This document shows positions 43,283 through 58,091 of a DNA stretch of 64,000 bases, piece by piece (positions within the stretch are counted from its first letter, which is position 1; each line of letters begins with the position of its first letter). Under the pieces are notes generated by a model. It searched no databases and had not been told where the DNA came from. It was given only the letters and a program-made list of their open reading frames with translations. The DNA lies in NCBI GenBank assembly GCA_964016885.1, contig OZ024740.1:347944001-348008000 (forward strand). Direction: 5' to 3'. The translations under genes were made by a program, and so were the position numbers. The DNA comes from Eledone cirrhosa (Eukaryota).

Positions 43283-43452
43283 TGGCTTCTACAGGACTAG
43301 AAGGGTTTCATTCGGGAGAAATCTCGGATGATTTCTCTCGAATGAAACAATTCTAGTCCTGTAGAAGCCATTTCTATATTAAATATTTATACTCAACCTT
43401 GTATTGAGTACCTTACTTACTGTGGTTACCCCCGATTGAACCCGGGATTAAC
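43283..43452 (+). repeat. Fold-back repeat fragment (88-bp hairpin plus 3' end); relative at 6355-6425
   Basis: TGGCTTCTACAGGACTAGAA..TTCTAGTCCTGTAGAAGCCA. Tail CTGTGGTTACCCCCGATTGAACCCGGGA is shared with the 6391-6422 region. Confidence 0.7.
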
Positions 43453-43736
43453 ATATATATATGTGCGTGTGTGTGTTTGTGTGCGTGTGTGTGTCTTCAC
43501 ACCTAAACATAATCATGCAGATAACTGCTAAGTTATGAATATAAGAAAGATGAATTGGCGCAAGATTCAAGTACATTTTGATGACTTAATACAGTTTATG
43601 AAATATGAAATCGAGTTTGCTACAACAAATTGACTTAGTATAATTGCTTTTCATTGTGTTAAGAAAGTATTTTAGTTATAAAATTCGTCTGAAGGAACAA
43701 GATATTTCCTGAAGAAGATGAAATAGTGGTGAGTTG

Positions 43737-43936
43737 NNNNNNNNNNNNNNNNNNNNNNNNNNNNNNNNNNNNNNNNNNNNNNNNNNNNNNNNNNNNNNNN
43801 NNNNNNNNNNNNNNNNNNNNNNNNNNNNNNNNNNNNNNNNNNNNNNNNNNNNNNNNNNNNNNNNNNNNNNNNNNNNNNNNNNNNNNNNNNNNNNNNNNNN
43901 NNNNNNNNNNNNNNNNNNNNNNNNNNNNNNNNNNNN
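43737..43936. other. Assembly gap (200 N)
   Basis: Run of N. Confidence 1.
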
Positions 43937-45245
43937 AATTCGAGATATTGGTAAATTTTTCAACTAGACATAAATTACAAACACTAGATATGGAAGCATT
44001 GGAGTTGTAGATTTTACGCCAAGAAATTTCGTAATTAATGTTTTTGTCTTTTAAGGACCAAATAAGCTCCGAGAGTGCGGTGCTGGTCCTTTTAAGTATA
44101 TATTTAAATGAAGAAGAATGATTATAGAATCTTGCTTTAAAAGAGGTATAAGTAGAGTCAATGTAGGTATAGGTATTGGTACTAGTTACCACTTTACATT
44201 CATATATTAGGTTTTTATCGAGGCAGAAATTATTAAGAGGACAATTAGTTCTAATAGGGCAGTTGCATTTACGATTAAGATTATTTACAGTGTTATTGGC
44301 AAGTGGCCCAGGGTTAATTATATTAGGAACTGAAGTGGTGGAATTAACTAAAGGAGGTGCTTAAGTTTCTAGATTTACATTACTATTTGATGTATTCCTC
44401 AAAGTTACGTTTGACGTCGTATTTATATGTGTTATTTTGCCTAAAGTTTACATCGACGTTGGGCCTTATAGTGTTATTATTATGACTCTCATGGTTGGAT
44501 GCATATGAGTTATTTTTTAATATTTTAGAATTATGTCTTGAGATAATTTTAGAAATGTTGGAAGTAGTGGAATATGAGAATTTAATAGTATGCTTATTGA
44601 ATATCTATGTGAAGGAGGGAAGCTGTTATATAAAGCCATAAAAAATAATTTAGGGATATTATTAATAACGGAAGGGAGCGTTGTATAAAAGGATATTTTT
44701 GTATCTAGGTCTCCTCCTTTTATTAGTGGTATGATTATTACTAGCTACATTACTAGAGTTACTATTGGCTCTGCCAAGATTAGTTTCCTTAGTATACCTA
44801 ATTTTGTCTAGATATCCAGCCCTATATAGCGCATTATTATAATAATTGGCATTAGCTTCGAAGATATCTTTGTTAGAGGATAAATTAGAAATTCTTTTTT
44901 CCACACTTCTGACTATAACAGTTTTAACATTATTAGGGTGGTTAGATTTAAAGTTAACGTAATTTAGGTTCTCATTATCCTTATGATATGGGTAATATAG
45001 GCCGGTATCTAGATTAAGGCATATATCAAATTTGCTAATTTATCATTATTCTCGAATTCAATTTTTAAGTTAAGAGGCTTAAATAGATCAAGTATATTTT
45101 TCTTAATAATATTAAAGTTTACTTTGTTACAATTAGAGACAGTAAAAAGAGCATCATCACGATAAAATCCACCGCGAAGTTGAGGAATTTTCTGATTTAA
45201 AGAGTTCAAGATGAAATTCCAACCAAGTCGGTCAGTTGAGCTGAA
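43937..45245 (-). pseudogene. 5'-truncated, decayed PLE (Nematis-like) RT-EN
   Basis: GGFYRDDAL, RISNLSSNKDIF..YYNNAL, CNCPIRTNCPL, YIDSTYTSFKARFYNH..LSELIWSLK..CNLCLVEK. Confidence 0.85.
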
Positions 45246-45819
45246 TTTATATATATAAATAATTCAAATATGTAAAGTTTGGCTTTGTTTATTATAAATT
45301 ATAAATTTACTGCTATATATATATATATTTCAGTGACAGCTATTATTGGCTGTGACCTCTTGAGGCAGTCCGAATTGGTGTGGAAAAGGTAGGTACACAT
45401 GTTGTTGAGAGTGCTTCACTCTGTCAATACATCGATATGTCCAGCTCCTGGGTGTGTTGTTAGTCCTCAGAGGAACTGGAATCATATGGGCTAGAACAAA
45501 CAAATTTCAGCGTCAGAGGACACGCTCGTATCCCATTGGTCAGTTGTGAGGCGACACCTCGTTCAAAAGTCTATAGAAAATCTTCTGAGGTAGGTCAGGA
45601 TGTTTAAGTACAGCTGACCTCCTTCACTGTGTTGGTAGTAGTAGTGATGTTAAGAGGTCAGCTAGTAGGTCAACCTTAGTATGCTGCTGCTATGGTCTGC
45701 AGAATTTATGTGTAGACTGGCATCTATCCGGCCACCATTTCACGTGGTGGGGGATGCCAAACAAATAAAGAATGCGTGTGTGTAAAACCAATATAACAAA
45801 TTTTGAAAAATATAAACTG

Positions 45820-46195
45820 AAATAAAAAACCTGTGTCAGGATCGAGAAGTGTAAAGAATTAGAATTCTTATTTTAGCATTTAGTATGGAGTATGTACGTG
45901 TGATTGTCCGTCAACGCACACTGTTGCGCGTGCACACGTATAAACATAGGCTCGGTGCATTCACCTATTTACGTCCACACACTCTAACAAAAGATGGGTG
46001 CGTCTTAAAAACAAATGAGGTAAAAGTGGAATGAAAAATACAAAAAAACCTGTGTGTCAAAATCCAGAAGTGTAAAGGACTACAATTCTTATTTCAGCAT
46101 CAAGTACATATGTGTATATGTTCGTCAACGTACACCGTTGCTAGAACACACGCGCAAACAACTGCTCAGGTGCATTCCCATATTACGTCTACATA
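45820..46195. repeat. Diverged ~220-bp tandem dimer
   Basis: AAAAAACCTGTGT..AGAAGTGTAAAG..AATTCTTATTT..CGTCAACG..GGTGCATTC appears at about 45825 and again at about 46043. Confidence 0.7.
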
Positions 46196-46735
46196 GTCAC
46201 ACACACGCATATATGCACGCATACACATAATTCCATATACGCCCACATGTGGATACACCCACACGGACACAGGGTCAAAGTCACGTCTGGAGGTGTGGAG
46301 AGGGGTAAGTGGTAGTAATAGGCGCGTCATATTTACTTCTGGTATTTATTCCTGACTCATGCGTACGAATGAGGTCGGGTTCGAGGCAGGATAACCTCCG
46401 TGTATTCGAGTCACAAGCCGGGGCTGGGAATTGCGGCCCGCTGGTGGGAAACTTGGGGTGCCTGTTTGCACAGAGGATAGGACTCCATCTACGTACTTCG
46501 TCTACTTATATAATCTAATGTCAGCTAACTTGAGTTTTGGTTAAGGAAGTGAGAGAGAGGGGTTGACCACAGCGGTGTGAGACATGGTTTTAGATGCTAG
46601 GTAGGTGTGTTGTTATAGAAGTAGATGGAGGCGGCAGTAGAGGTGGGGAGTGTGTAGGGGGTGGTTTACCTTGGGATCGGTGTGACGGGGCTGCTGTCCC
46701 TATAGCTTGAGGGAAGTTCCCATCCCAATGGGTTG

Positions 46736-47355
46736 TTATCCATATAGCTTGAGGAAGGTTCTGGCCCTGAGGTGTCTACATGTACCAAAGAAGTCGGTCC
46801 TGAGGTTGATTAGGCTACTCCCAACGCTGAGTATCTCGAGCGTCTCGCTCAGACAGAGGTTGCAGATGCCAGATCCACCTCTATCAGGTGGCACTTTTCT
46901 GATTTTGGACCTGGCCAGAGAGTACGGGGTCCTGTCCAGCTTGAGCTTCCAGATCAGTTCGGAAAGAGCCGTACTTTTCCTTTTGCCCTCCCTATTAAAG
47001 GAACGGCGATGGTTATACCATCTGTCTTTGAAGCTCGTTGATGTGGCTCCTATGTAATAGTGCTCAGAGTTGGGGGATTTTACTCTACATACGTATATTA
47101 AGTTCTTCATTAGGCATTCATTACTAAGCGGGCATAATGTGGGGTTTCTGCAGTTGAAGGAGGTGGCCGACCCCTGAGTGCATATTGTGGGGCTCCCGTT
47201 GCGTAGTATAGGGTGGTCTGCCCCTGGGCCGGTGGACGTCCCTGGGTTGTTTGGGTTCCCAGGGTGAGTACTGGGTCCACCATTCCTTCCCTCCACAAGG
47301 CTCTGCTGGGTGCTTATATTACCAGCTAGTGGTTGCGTGTAGTTTCTAAGTCTAC
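46736..47355 (-). mobile_element. PLE GIY-YIG endonuclease fragment (open frame)
   Basis: NCRNPTLCPLSNEC..LIYVC..YYIGATSTSFKDRWYNH..LSELIWKLK..CNLCLSE..CRH. Confidence 0.85.
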
Positions 47356-48690
47356 TTCGAAACGGCTTGAGCTCTGCCATCGGGGTCCTGAGCCTATTCC
47401 TGTTACCAACTCTACTACCCAAAGTGTCGAGTACTCTGGTGTGTTATGGTCCACCTGGTTCCTTACCACACTTCCTTCAACACTCTATTCCCTACTCCCA
47501 ACACCTCCGGATCCGCCGCCTCTGCAGCCGAGATGCTGACTTTGAGTCCCAGGCCCTTTCCCTAGTCAGCCATTTCATCCGGAGAGGTTCCCCCCTCTCT
47601 CCCTCGTCCACACCACCCTCACTCGCGCCCGTGCTGTCCACCGCTCCATCGCCCTCCCCCCACGCCACCGCACACCCACCCACCGTCTCCCTTCCCCATA
47701 ACCTACCACCCCTCCACCATACCCCTCCACCACACGATCCTCCGCCTCTTCCTCCGCCTCCAGTCCGACCCCTCCCCCTCCCCCATATTCCCATCCCCAC
47801 CCATCCCTTCCTTCAAACGCGCGCGCAATATCCGCACCCTCCACGTCCGCAGCTCCCTACTCCCCAACCAACGCACTTCCCCCCCGGTTCCCTTCCCTGC
47901 TCCAGGCCTTGCTACCACCCACTAACACCCCCTCTACCACACACAAACACACTCATCCAAACACGCACACACACACCAGTACACTACACGCCCTCCTTCG
48001 TCCCCAACACATTTTCTCTCCCTCTCCTTCTCCCCGCTCCATCTACACCCCTTCACACACACACATTCCATTAAGACCTCCACTAATATACACCCCATCG
48101 CCCCATATCACCCCCAGCCCCACCTTTCACACCTACCCATCCTCTCCCCTGTCCAACGCACCTCTGCACACACAGACACACAGTCCTCACCACATACAGA
48201 CCATTTCTCCACCTGTCATCCTCCTCTACTGCTATCTGTCACCCTGCCTTGACCCTCTGACCACTTCCTGTTGCATGTGTACCCCACATCTCTCCACTTC
48301 CGACTACCACCACTAATAGATTTCACACCACTTGTCATTGTTCCAACTATACACTCTATAACATGAGAAATATCCAACACCTTATTGCACACTCCACGGA
48401 ACTACCTTAGGAACTTACCCACGAACAAACACTCACATTTCTTTTCGAACCACGCCACCTACATCCACACCGCGTATAAACACAAACACACCCGTGCATA
48501 TCTCCACATATACACACTCAGCCTCCGGAATCCACACGCCCCTCCCTCACCCCTCTGACCCCTCTCTATCCACACGCACACACCGACTCACACCTCACCC
48601 CACGCACGCACCTTTTCCTGAACATGGAACCTCGTTCTTCCCCCAACTCTCACATTCACATACACACGCGCACACATACAACTATACACT
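47356..48690 (+). pseudogene. Neptune-like PLE fragment (leader, RT thumb, linker, C/A-rich 3' region)
   Basis: SIPYSQHLRIRRLCS..HFIRRG; next frame TYHPS..LQSDP..IFPSPP..SFKRARNIR..VRSS. Confidence 0.75.
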
Positions 48691-48714
48691 TACACAAACA
48701 CCACCTTCAACCCA

Positions 48715-50210
48715 CTTTAGCGTGGTAATAAATAGCCGAACTTTTCAAGAGGCAATTCCTTATATGGGAAGATTGTAGTTATCAAAAGGATTGGTCAACA
48801 TTTCTTGAAACACAATTAAATCTTTCATGGCAGTGAAGGTGGGGGTGGCTGAACTTGCCTGTTGAACAATGAGGGAGTGGGTGGAGCCGGTCACGCGTTG
48901 AAAGTGTGTATGAAATTAGGCTAGTTAGGAAGCAGGCGAAAAAGGATTCTGGAGGAATTTGAGTGGGACGATATAGAATTAAAAAGGTTAATAAATTGAG
49001 ATAAAAGATAATAAATAAAATAAAAAAGTTAAAATAATAAAATTAAATAGTAAAAAGTAAAAAAAAAATCTCTAGAGTCTAAAGCAGCTGGTAGATTTTT
49101 AGTTGGTATTGCGTTTTCGGCCAATGCTATATTTAATTACTGGGGTGGGGGTACTGAGGCTACAAAAGCCCGATGGACTGCCTCAGGGTAGGCGAAAGAG
49201 GAAAAATGAAAAGGAAGAGGAGAGGGAGTGGGAGGGAGTGATAAGAAGAGATAAAGGGGGAAAAAAAGTACCTATGTATGCGGAGTTTCCCCTATCTTTT
49301 CGGCAAGTGGGGGAAAAGAAGGATGTTGCAGCCATTGTCTACCCACCCGGCTCATGAGAGGGTTTGAGGGCGAGGTAAGTCTTACGCAATCGGTGTTTAC
49401 ATGCAGTTACAAGTTCGTCTTTTTTCTTTAGGAGTAGGTCCTTCGTGAACAGCATTTGTAATGTTTGCTCCGAGCTTAAGTTATACGGACGGCGTCCTCC
49501 CGTGTAGGAGTTAGCCCTGGACAGTAAGCTCCAAGTAATATTGTATGTTATGTTGTTATCTTGGAGGTCCCAGATGTGACCCGAAAGTGTAGTGGCATGT
49601 CGCCGGGTCTTAAAGTCACAAGCGGTTAATCCTATATAGGCTTTGTTGGAGGCTTCCGTCCTCACGTTGCATTGGTAGATCACGTTACGTTCTCGGCATC
49701 TGTTGTTGAGAGGGCACGTAGATCTATCAGGGCAGTTACACCTCCTGGTCCGCTCTCCACTAGTGTCTAGGTTGTTTCTTCTATAGGGGTTGAGTTTCTT
49801 GTTGTTTGAGGAGGCGATATTTTGTGCGAAGTTGGGTGTGGTGCTGTAGGAGAGTTTGATAGTGTTTTTGTTGATTATGTTGTGGTAGCAGTGTTGCGCT
49901 GGGAAGTGTTTTTCGAGGAGCCTAAAGATGATTTTCCCGATTGGTGTTGCCACCTCGACATTGTGGGGAGAGTTGAACCACGTTACGTGGCGTGAGCGGC
50001 GGCGTCGCCTGCAGGTTCCGCTGAAGAAACCGGCTCCACCCACTCCCTCATTGTTCTACAGGCAAATTCAGCCACCCCCACCTCCCACCCACTGCTATGA
50101 AAGATTTAATTGTGTTTACAAGAAATTTTGACCAATCCTTTTGACAACTACAATCTTCCCATATAAGGAATTGCCCATTGAAAAGTTCGGCTATTTATTA
50201 CCACGCTAAA
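48715..50210 (-). mobile_element. 5'-truncated PLE (Nematis-like EN) with inverted 5' segment
   Basis: ORF 49339-50043 (VTWFNSP..KHFP..SYSTTPN..CNC..CPL..VIYQC..YIGLT). About 50030-50210 is the reverse complement of about 48715-48891. Confidence 0.85.
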
Positions 50211-50259
50211 AATAGCCGTCGAAACGGCTTGAGCTCTGCCGTCGGGGTTAAACATTTTC

Positions 50260-50293
<34 letters not shown>

Positions 50294-50439
50294 GCACACA
50301 CATATATATATCTTCTTCTTTTTCTCCGCCCCGCTTATTCGTGGGAGGGTCATGGGGACAGAGTCCTCTAACACTCCTCCCAGTGGATCCTGTCAGTAGG
50401 AACCGTCTCTACCTGATTCGGCTGTATATATGTGCGCGC

Positions 50440-50498
<59 letters not shown>

Positions 50499-50759
50499 AA
50501 GGAACAGAGAGTACTATCGCAATATCTGTCAGAAAGTATATGATTTGAACTCAGCATGAAATAAGCCGGATCAAATATCAATACATTTACTCTCATACTG
50601 CCAATTTGCCTGACTGTAATTTCAGCCCTCTACATTCTGAGTTCACATCTCACCTTCTACGATATACAGATAGTATCAGCAAAGAAAAACAAATTGAAAT
50701 ATTATTTCCTTGGTCTGATTCAATGATTGCTATATTTTCTTTTATCTATAGAAACACAG

Positions 50760-50798
<39 letters not shown>

Positions 50799-50802
50799 AA
50801 GA

Positions 50803-50996
50803 ATAATTGTTTCTACTTTGGGCACCAGACCATCAATTACCCAGTGTATTACTGGTACTTTATTTTATCGACCCCGTAAGGATGAAAGGCAAAGTTAACC
50901 TCGGCGGGATTTGAACTTAGAATGGCAAGGGCCGTAACTCTACGCGTCAAAGCAATGCGTCCGACCTTCTACCGATACTGCCAATCCATCGCCCTA
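50803..50996 (-). mobile_element. SINE, near full length (same family as 5726)
   Basis: Reverse complement has A box, B-box-like, core and tail. Confidence 0.85.
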
Positions 50997-51140
50997 CATA
51001 TATATAAAGAATAATAAACACCAAAGAGTCGATATGTTTGACAGCATTTATTATTCTTTATATATTAGCTCTGAATGAACTCTACTCCATTGAGCTTTAA
51101 ACCGTCTGGTTAAGTATATACCCAATAATAGCAACACTGT

Positions 51141-51203
<63 letters not shown>

Positions 51204-51274
51204 CATACATACATACACACATACACATATGTATATATATATATATATATGTGTATACATATAGATATATATAT

Positions 51275-51318
<44 letters not shown>

Positions 51319-51373
51319 TGAGCAGGAGAGAGAGAAAGAGAGTGAGCAGGAGAGAGAGAGAAAGAGAGTGAGC

Positions 51374-51435
<62 letters not shown>

Positions 51436-53527
51436 TCAAATTTATCGGTTTAAAAATGTTTTGTGCTATCTTTTCTAACTTTCTGAGTTCAAATCCAGCC
51501 GCTGCCAACATTTACTTTCATATATTCGGGCTGAGGATTTTCGGAATTGTTAGAGTGTTATTAAAGTTGAGCTTGTGTTTCTCTGGAGATTATCTGTGTC
51601 TCAGACGGGGCTATATGATTAAATAAAATCTAAAACAACCAATACTCGAGGCCGGCTATACATAGGTAAAAAAGACAAATGGTCATCCGTAATCGACTGT
51701 ATAAAGAACACACCATAAACAGGAAACTGACAATGAAGGAAAAAGAAGATAAAATGTAAACAAAACAAAAAATAGATATACAAACTAAGAAAAAAACAAC
51801 AAAAGACATCCAAATCAAAATATAAAACTATACATTTGAAAGATCCCATATGAATACATACATATAAATATGCTTGGCTCACATCTGCACGCGAATGCAC
51901 ATGTACCCTTGGAGAGGGGGAATTGGCAAGTGGAGGAAGAAGAGTAGTGGAGAAGAGCGGGTGTAGACACAAACGTATAAACTTGTTCACATACTCATTC
52001 ACAAACTTTCCTATATGTGTAGTTTAAAAACGGCAACGTATCGAAAGTTACATAATATCTGTTATGTCAAAAATCATTAGTGTTACACGTCATACACAAG
52101 TGATTTTTTACAATATATGTTTGTCACTGTGGTTAGATAAAAAAAAAACGTAGTTATAAATACATAAATCATATTATTCAAATAGAAAATATTAAAAATA
52201 AAAAAATGACTGCGCCTTCACGTTTAACTATTATTAATGTCAAAACAGAATTCTGAATATCAGGAAAGAAAATATATTCAGAATAGGAATATATATTTTC
52301 AGATATGTATATAACATTAAAATTAAAGTAAAAAGTAAGCGTAAAATTCTCATAAATTAATATTTTCTTGTGTGTATGTGTATGTGTGTGTAAATATGTG
52401 TATATGTGTGTATGTATATGCGTGTGGGTATGCTTATATGTATTTTTATGTCTACATGTGTATGGTTGTGTAAGTGAATGTGTATGTGAACTAGCATTGC
52501 CTATTTTGCCCTTCTATCTTTCATGCTCCTCCGGTCAGTATATATACTCTTCCTTATCTCTCTCGCCCCCCACTCTCCGTCTCTTTTACCTATTTATTGG
52601 GACAGCGGAACAACGAGCCATCACACATTATATATTCCATATATAAAGCATGTTTTCGCACTATTCAGCATCACATATCTATCTGAATCGTGGTAGATGT
52701 TTCAAGTAATAAGCATTCTTATGTATTTGCTGATGTGTGGATGTAGGAATGTTACAATATTACACTAGATTTAACATTCTTTTCTGAATTAATATCCATC
52801 AGCTTAAACAAATTAAAAGACAATTAACAAATATATTACAATTTGTAACATAATTTAGAACATTTACCAATTAAATGAATATAATTAGATTCAGAACAGC
52901 GTATATAATCGCCTTGAAAATATTAATTTAGGCATCTTTATAATAAATGTACACTGATTTATATAATTACCTACAGAAACATATGTACAAACGCTGTAAA
53001 TTAGTTCGAAGCGCTTGACCTAGTCGTAAGCTCCCATAAATTCACTGTCAGTTTTTATTTTCTCACTCTCTCACACACACATGCAACTATATAGACACAA
53101 TCAGCCACACGCAAAGGCAGAAAGGATCTGTCTTGATCCTTAGACATGTTTATGTGGATTTAGCATGGCCAGTAGAGTTTGTTTCGCAATCAGCTAGATC
53201 CCACTATAATACATTTTAGGCAAGGGTCAGAAACTGTTGTGGAGCTCATTGGATGAACCATTCTTGTAATTCGCGGTGTCACAAGCTGGTGGCACGCGGA
53301 GAATTACATTAAGGCTTCACATGCCTGTGAACTGTTCAGTTACCAGTATGTGCATTTCACAAGCTGGCTTTTTCTTTGATCGAACGAGAAGACTAATCGT
53401 CGAAACCGACGGAGGTCCATACCATGCCTTGCATGTTATAGTATATATTATAATTTGTTATTAACTTTTCCCATTAGTACGACGAGGAAAGCAATGTACT
53501 CTAAAGCAACGTATTAATTTAATTTGG

Positions 53528-53685
53528 TTGGCTGAAACCAACACGAACATCTAATAGTTATCCTGTGTGAGAGTTATCCAGGTTGTCAGGTCACCTTACA
53601 GGAAATAACATGGTGACCTGACAAACCTCGTTACAAACACAGGTTAAGAAACTATTAGTAGATCCCACTGCTAGTTTCAGCCAAT
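53528..53685. repeat. Degenerate hairpin or MITE-like palindrome
   Basis: TTGGCTGAAAC..GTTTCAGCCAA outer arms and TTGTCAGGTCACC..GGTGACCTGACAA inner arms. Confidence 0.6.
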
Positions 53686-55981
53686 ATAACCTATCTTCAT
53701 ATTTCATCCATCTCTAATTTCCCGCATTCACGCCTGTATGAGGTTTTAGATATCTGTTATATGAAGATTGTAGAAGCGAGTCAAAACGTATTAATCAATT
53801 GTCACCGCAAATCATTTGATCACAAGCTGAGGATTTAGATATATATTTTAAGTTTAATTAACTAAAAAATTGTCAACAAAATGTAATGATTTCTGTATTT
53901 GCTACAAGAACATACAGAGGTGGGTGGCGGGTACAGTAGATTGAAAAATAAATTCCTAGTAGTGTTTAACAATTTTTTTATTATAATTATTTTGACAATG
54001 GCGCAGCATTATGATCTTCTTTCATTCAAGTCCCTTTTCCCCCAGTTTGTTATTTGAGAGAGTAGGAATCCTGAATCAAGTGTAGACCGAAATTGGGTTT
54101 TTGGCATCTAGATTGTTACGAGGCACTTATTTCAATCTACCATCTGAATCATGTGGTCGTTGGAAAGTCAATTCTCGCTCCCAAGCTATCGCAACTCATA
54201 CCCTCCTTAATTGAAAATTAAAATATCTAAAGTGTTATTTCATATATAGACAAATGAATTATTTATGTATTGTTCTTTCCTTGTATAACATCTAGCATAT
54301 ATGACTATTAGCAGTTAGGTGGATATGTTCTTTTTAGATTGTTAGAGTAATTGTTGATTGTTTAAGTGCCTACTCAGCGGTGTAAAGCATGAAGAAATTC
54401 GTTTTTTTAAGCATTACTTCGAAAGCAATACGTGTTTTACTGTTTTAGCTATAAGATATCGATATTTTTTAATCAAATTATATATTTAGATATATGCAGG
54501 TCTATCTAGGTCTTATATGTAAAACGATTTCGAATACAGAAAAACAAAATCATATATACGAAAGGCACATTAAAAAACCTTCAAACACGTAAATACATAG
54601 TTGCACACCTTTTTCAGATATTGGGGGTTATCCTATTTAATGGTGCGAAATAGATTTTAGTTATCGTTCGTTAACGTTTTGTTCAAAATGTCTTCCGATT
54701 ATGTAATGAAATATAAGAAAGGTTGCATGTCTGAACTGACCCTACATACTCTCCCCTGTTTCTTTTCTCACCGACTACACTACGTCTATATATTGATTTA
54801 AGCTCAAAACCCTAAAATCACTGATTTAAAGCGAAAGGGAGGAAACATTTCTTGGCGCTCATGTATCTATCAAGGGCATTAAATTATTAGTGATAGGAAA
54901 TTTTGGAAAATTATCTCATGTTCTTTTTGATAATCGATATAGTTCAATAATATAAATTGGTAATGTTTAATTTGTAGTCTGTTAGGAACTATGATATAAC
55001 ATAACGTTTAGATTATAACTGATGTATTCAAAAGAAAAATGCCTTTATGTGCTAGATTACAAGTTATATATTCTTATATAAGAGATTTTGACACGTCAAC
55101 CAGGAAACATGCATATTACAGACAAAGATAAAATGCAGATCAAAATTAGTATGATTTCATCTACAAATACATGCTACACCTACCTAATTGTTCCAAAATG
55201 GCATTTTTACTATATATTTTATCTCCTTCTTATACAATTTCAGCTTGGGTTAGCATAGTTTCCAAGCATCAATTAACTTTTCTTGCTTGTTCTCTAATTG
55301 TAACTGTCAGGATATACGTTTGTAATCTAAACGCATTTTAGTTAAAAGACGGGCGCACGTGGCAAAAGGGAAATGGCTTAACAGCTCTGCCATCCCGTCG
55401 TTTCCTGGTTACATTCACCATTTTCAGCAGTTAGAGTGACATAGCATATGCTCCTTCGTTCGTTCGTAATTTCATTTTTTGTGTGGTAGTACCAATAAGC
55501 GAGAGTTCTAAACACATAAAATTCATTCTTCCTGATGTAATATGTAATTTCAGTTTCCATTTCTCATTACGGGTAACAGATGCGAACACAGAAGAAAGTC
55601 GTAGTGCGAATGAAGACAACACATATTTTCCTATACTTATAACTTTTTGCGAATGTCTATGATTTTTATATAAGTTCAAATAATGTTAACGAGATCAAAT
55701 TGGCAGAGTAATGAGCACGTTACTTCTTTCCAATAATTGTGAAGGACTCACGATCGTTGCACCACTGTCTGTAACAGACCACTGAATAGAAGTTTCAAAT
55801 ATTCTTCTTTTATTCGTATTCAATTTTAATCATTATAACATAACTTCAAAATGGTAGCATCACTATTATAACTCTAGGCTGGGTTACACACGTTATGGAT
55901 AAGTAAATTTTCTCACATGTTTCTCTCTCTCTCTCCCCCTCTCTCTCTCACTCTCTCTCTCTTTGTATATATATATATATG

Positions 55982-56370
55982 CGAGTGTTGAAGTTCGCTT
56001 GAAGCATCGTGGAATAATAAAAATAGTCGTTTTGGAAGCCTCAACAAAGCAGATGGGTAAATCTCCGGGTAACAGAATCAGGTGGTAATGAGAGTTATAT
56101 GCACACGGTAAGCAGCGGAGGTCACGTGTTGTCCCTCTCCGACATAACTTTTTCTTCTCGGAAAACCCCCAGTTGATGGATGCGAAATCCGAAATATAGG
56201 GACTATTAAACCACTTCCAAGGTAACTCTATCTCGTGTTATTATTTTTTACACTTTTACTCTCTACGTCTCTTTCTACGCTTCTTCTTACATCCCTCTCT
56301 CATTATCACTTGATTGTGTTACCCGGAGATTTACCCATCTGCTTTGTTGAGGCTTCCTAAAAGACTACTT
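55982..56370 (+). mobile_element. Pseudo-LTR-like repeat with 5' inversion and variant hammerhead at 56167-56201
   Basis: About 56025-56093 is inverted relative to about 56296-56366. Homologous to about 16340-16685. Confidence 0.7.
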
Positions 56371-57952
56371 ATATATATATATTTATATATTCACCCTATC
56401 ACCCTCTCTCTCTTTTTCTCTTACTTTCTCAATCCTCCTCCCTCTCTGTCTCTCTGTAAGGAAATCTTCTCTGTGGGAAATTTTCTATGTTTACTAAAAT
56501 GCCACGTGTCAATATCCAAGAGTAAAATAACTCGCTGAAAATTGCCATGATTGTGCCTAGGGTTATATTGAGCCAACTTCTTCCCGGATTCAAGCAGTCC
56601 TTTGGAACGAAATGTCATTGCATCTTCAAATATAGGACTACTACAACTGATCATTTTTGGCCAGCAAAACAGACAGAAGCTGGCTAATTTCTTAACATTC
56701 CACTACATCTATATCATACATGTAATGCGATGTGTAAATGGATGCCATATGTGTAAAGATGTTATACACATATGACACATTCGCAACCAAAAGCTTTCTT
56801 TCATGTTTATAGCAATCTTTATCTATGAACACTACATTTTACCAACATGTTGGGTCAAACACGTTATTTGCTATTTTATAATCTTACCTATTTATTCCTG
56901 TCGTCTTATTTTTTGTATAGCAGAAATACAAACAAAAACATCTAATTTAGCAGTGGTTTCTTTGGTATGTGTCTATGCTTTGGAGTTCTTATTGATTTCT
57001 CCACTGCAATCACACATCTACACACGATTACACACATGGCCAACACACAATCCAACCATATCCATGTATATATATGCTTTTAACTTCTAAAACTTACACT
57101 TAGAAAAATATACGATCTCTGTTGGTTTATACTTTACTGCTACTTACTGCTACTTCTCATTGAACGTGCCAAACAGGTGAACACCGAATGCTTCTAACTG
57201 ATTTTCTCCGCTGTCTTTTTCTTTCATTTCGCCTCTGGCTTCGACCGAGAGACATCAGCAATAGCTTTTACTTGTTGAAACTTCACCTCCGCCTTCTTCG
57301 ACCGTCAACCAACGCTACTATTTCTGGTGTGATCAAGAATCTTATGCCTATTCACTGGTCAATTGATCAAATTCTTTTATGTCATAAAATGTGATTTATG
57401 TATGTCATTTGTATTGCCTCGGTTTCCATTATAAATAACGATCCTGCCAAAAGGAGTCTGGCATTCAAAACAAAGAAATTCCTTTAAAAATAAAGCGTAG
57501 AATCACAAAGGAGACACAACCATCTATCTATGGAACACAAAGTTATTCCTTTTGCCTCAGCGCAAAATGTATTCTACAATATATGACCTACCTATTGAAG
57601 ATATGTTCTGTTTAATAGAACCTTGGTTATTATACATTTAAAACTGAGATGTTTTTCTAGTTTGTTTAAATCAGTTTCAAATTTCATGCATTTTGCTGCA
57701 GAATACAACATTTTATAATTTATGTTTGTAAATGACATGTAACTGAAGCATACCTTTATATGGAACTAGACCACTCGTGACCCGTTGAGACGAGTTCACT
57801 TCAAAATATTTTTTTCAAATCATGTTCACTTAAAAATAACTTTTAAATATTTAAATATACACAGACATGTATATAATGTGAAATGAAACAGGAATGCCTA
57901 TATATATATACGTGTGTGTATGTGTATATATATATAAATGTGTGTGTATATA

Positions 57953-58007
<55 letters not shown>

Positions 58008-58048
58008 GGTGGGTGTCAGTGATATATATATACACTGGTCATAGACAA

Positions 58049-58091
<43 letters not shown>

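Noticed and set aside
43659-44010. ORFs containing X runs
   Set aside because: They span the assembly gap.
47356-47422. N-terminus of the 228-aa ORF 46736-47422
   Set aside because: Antisense read-through into a different element's leader, so a chimeric ORF.
47367-48316. Pro/His-rich and Gly-rich ORFs
   Set aside because: Off-frame or antisense readings of a C-rich decayed PLE.
55378-57394. Short ORFs and AG/GT-bounded segments in the unique region (also about 13030 and 37710) as host exons
   Set aside because: No recognisable domain or consistent exon chain. Cannot be supported without transcript data.
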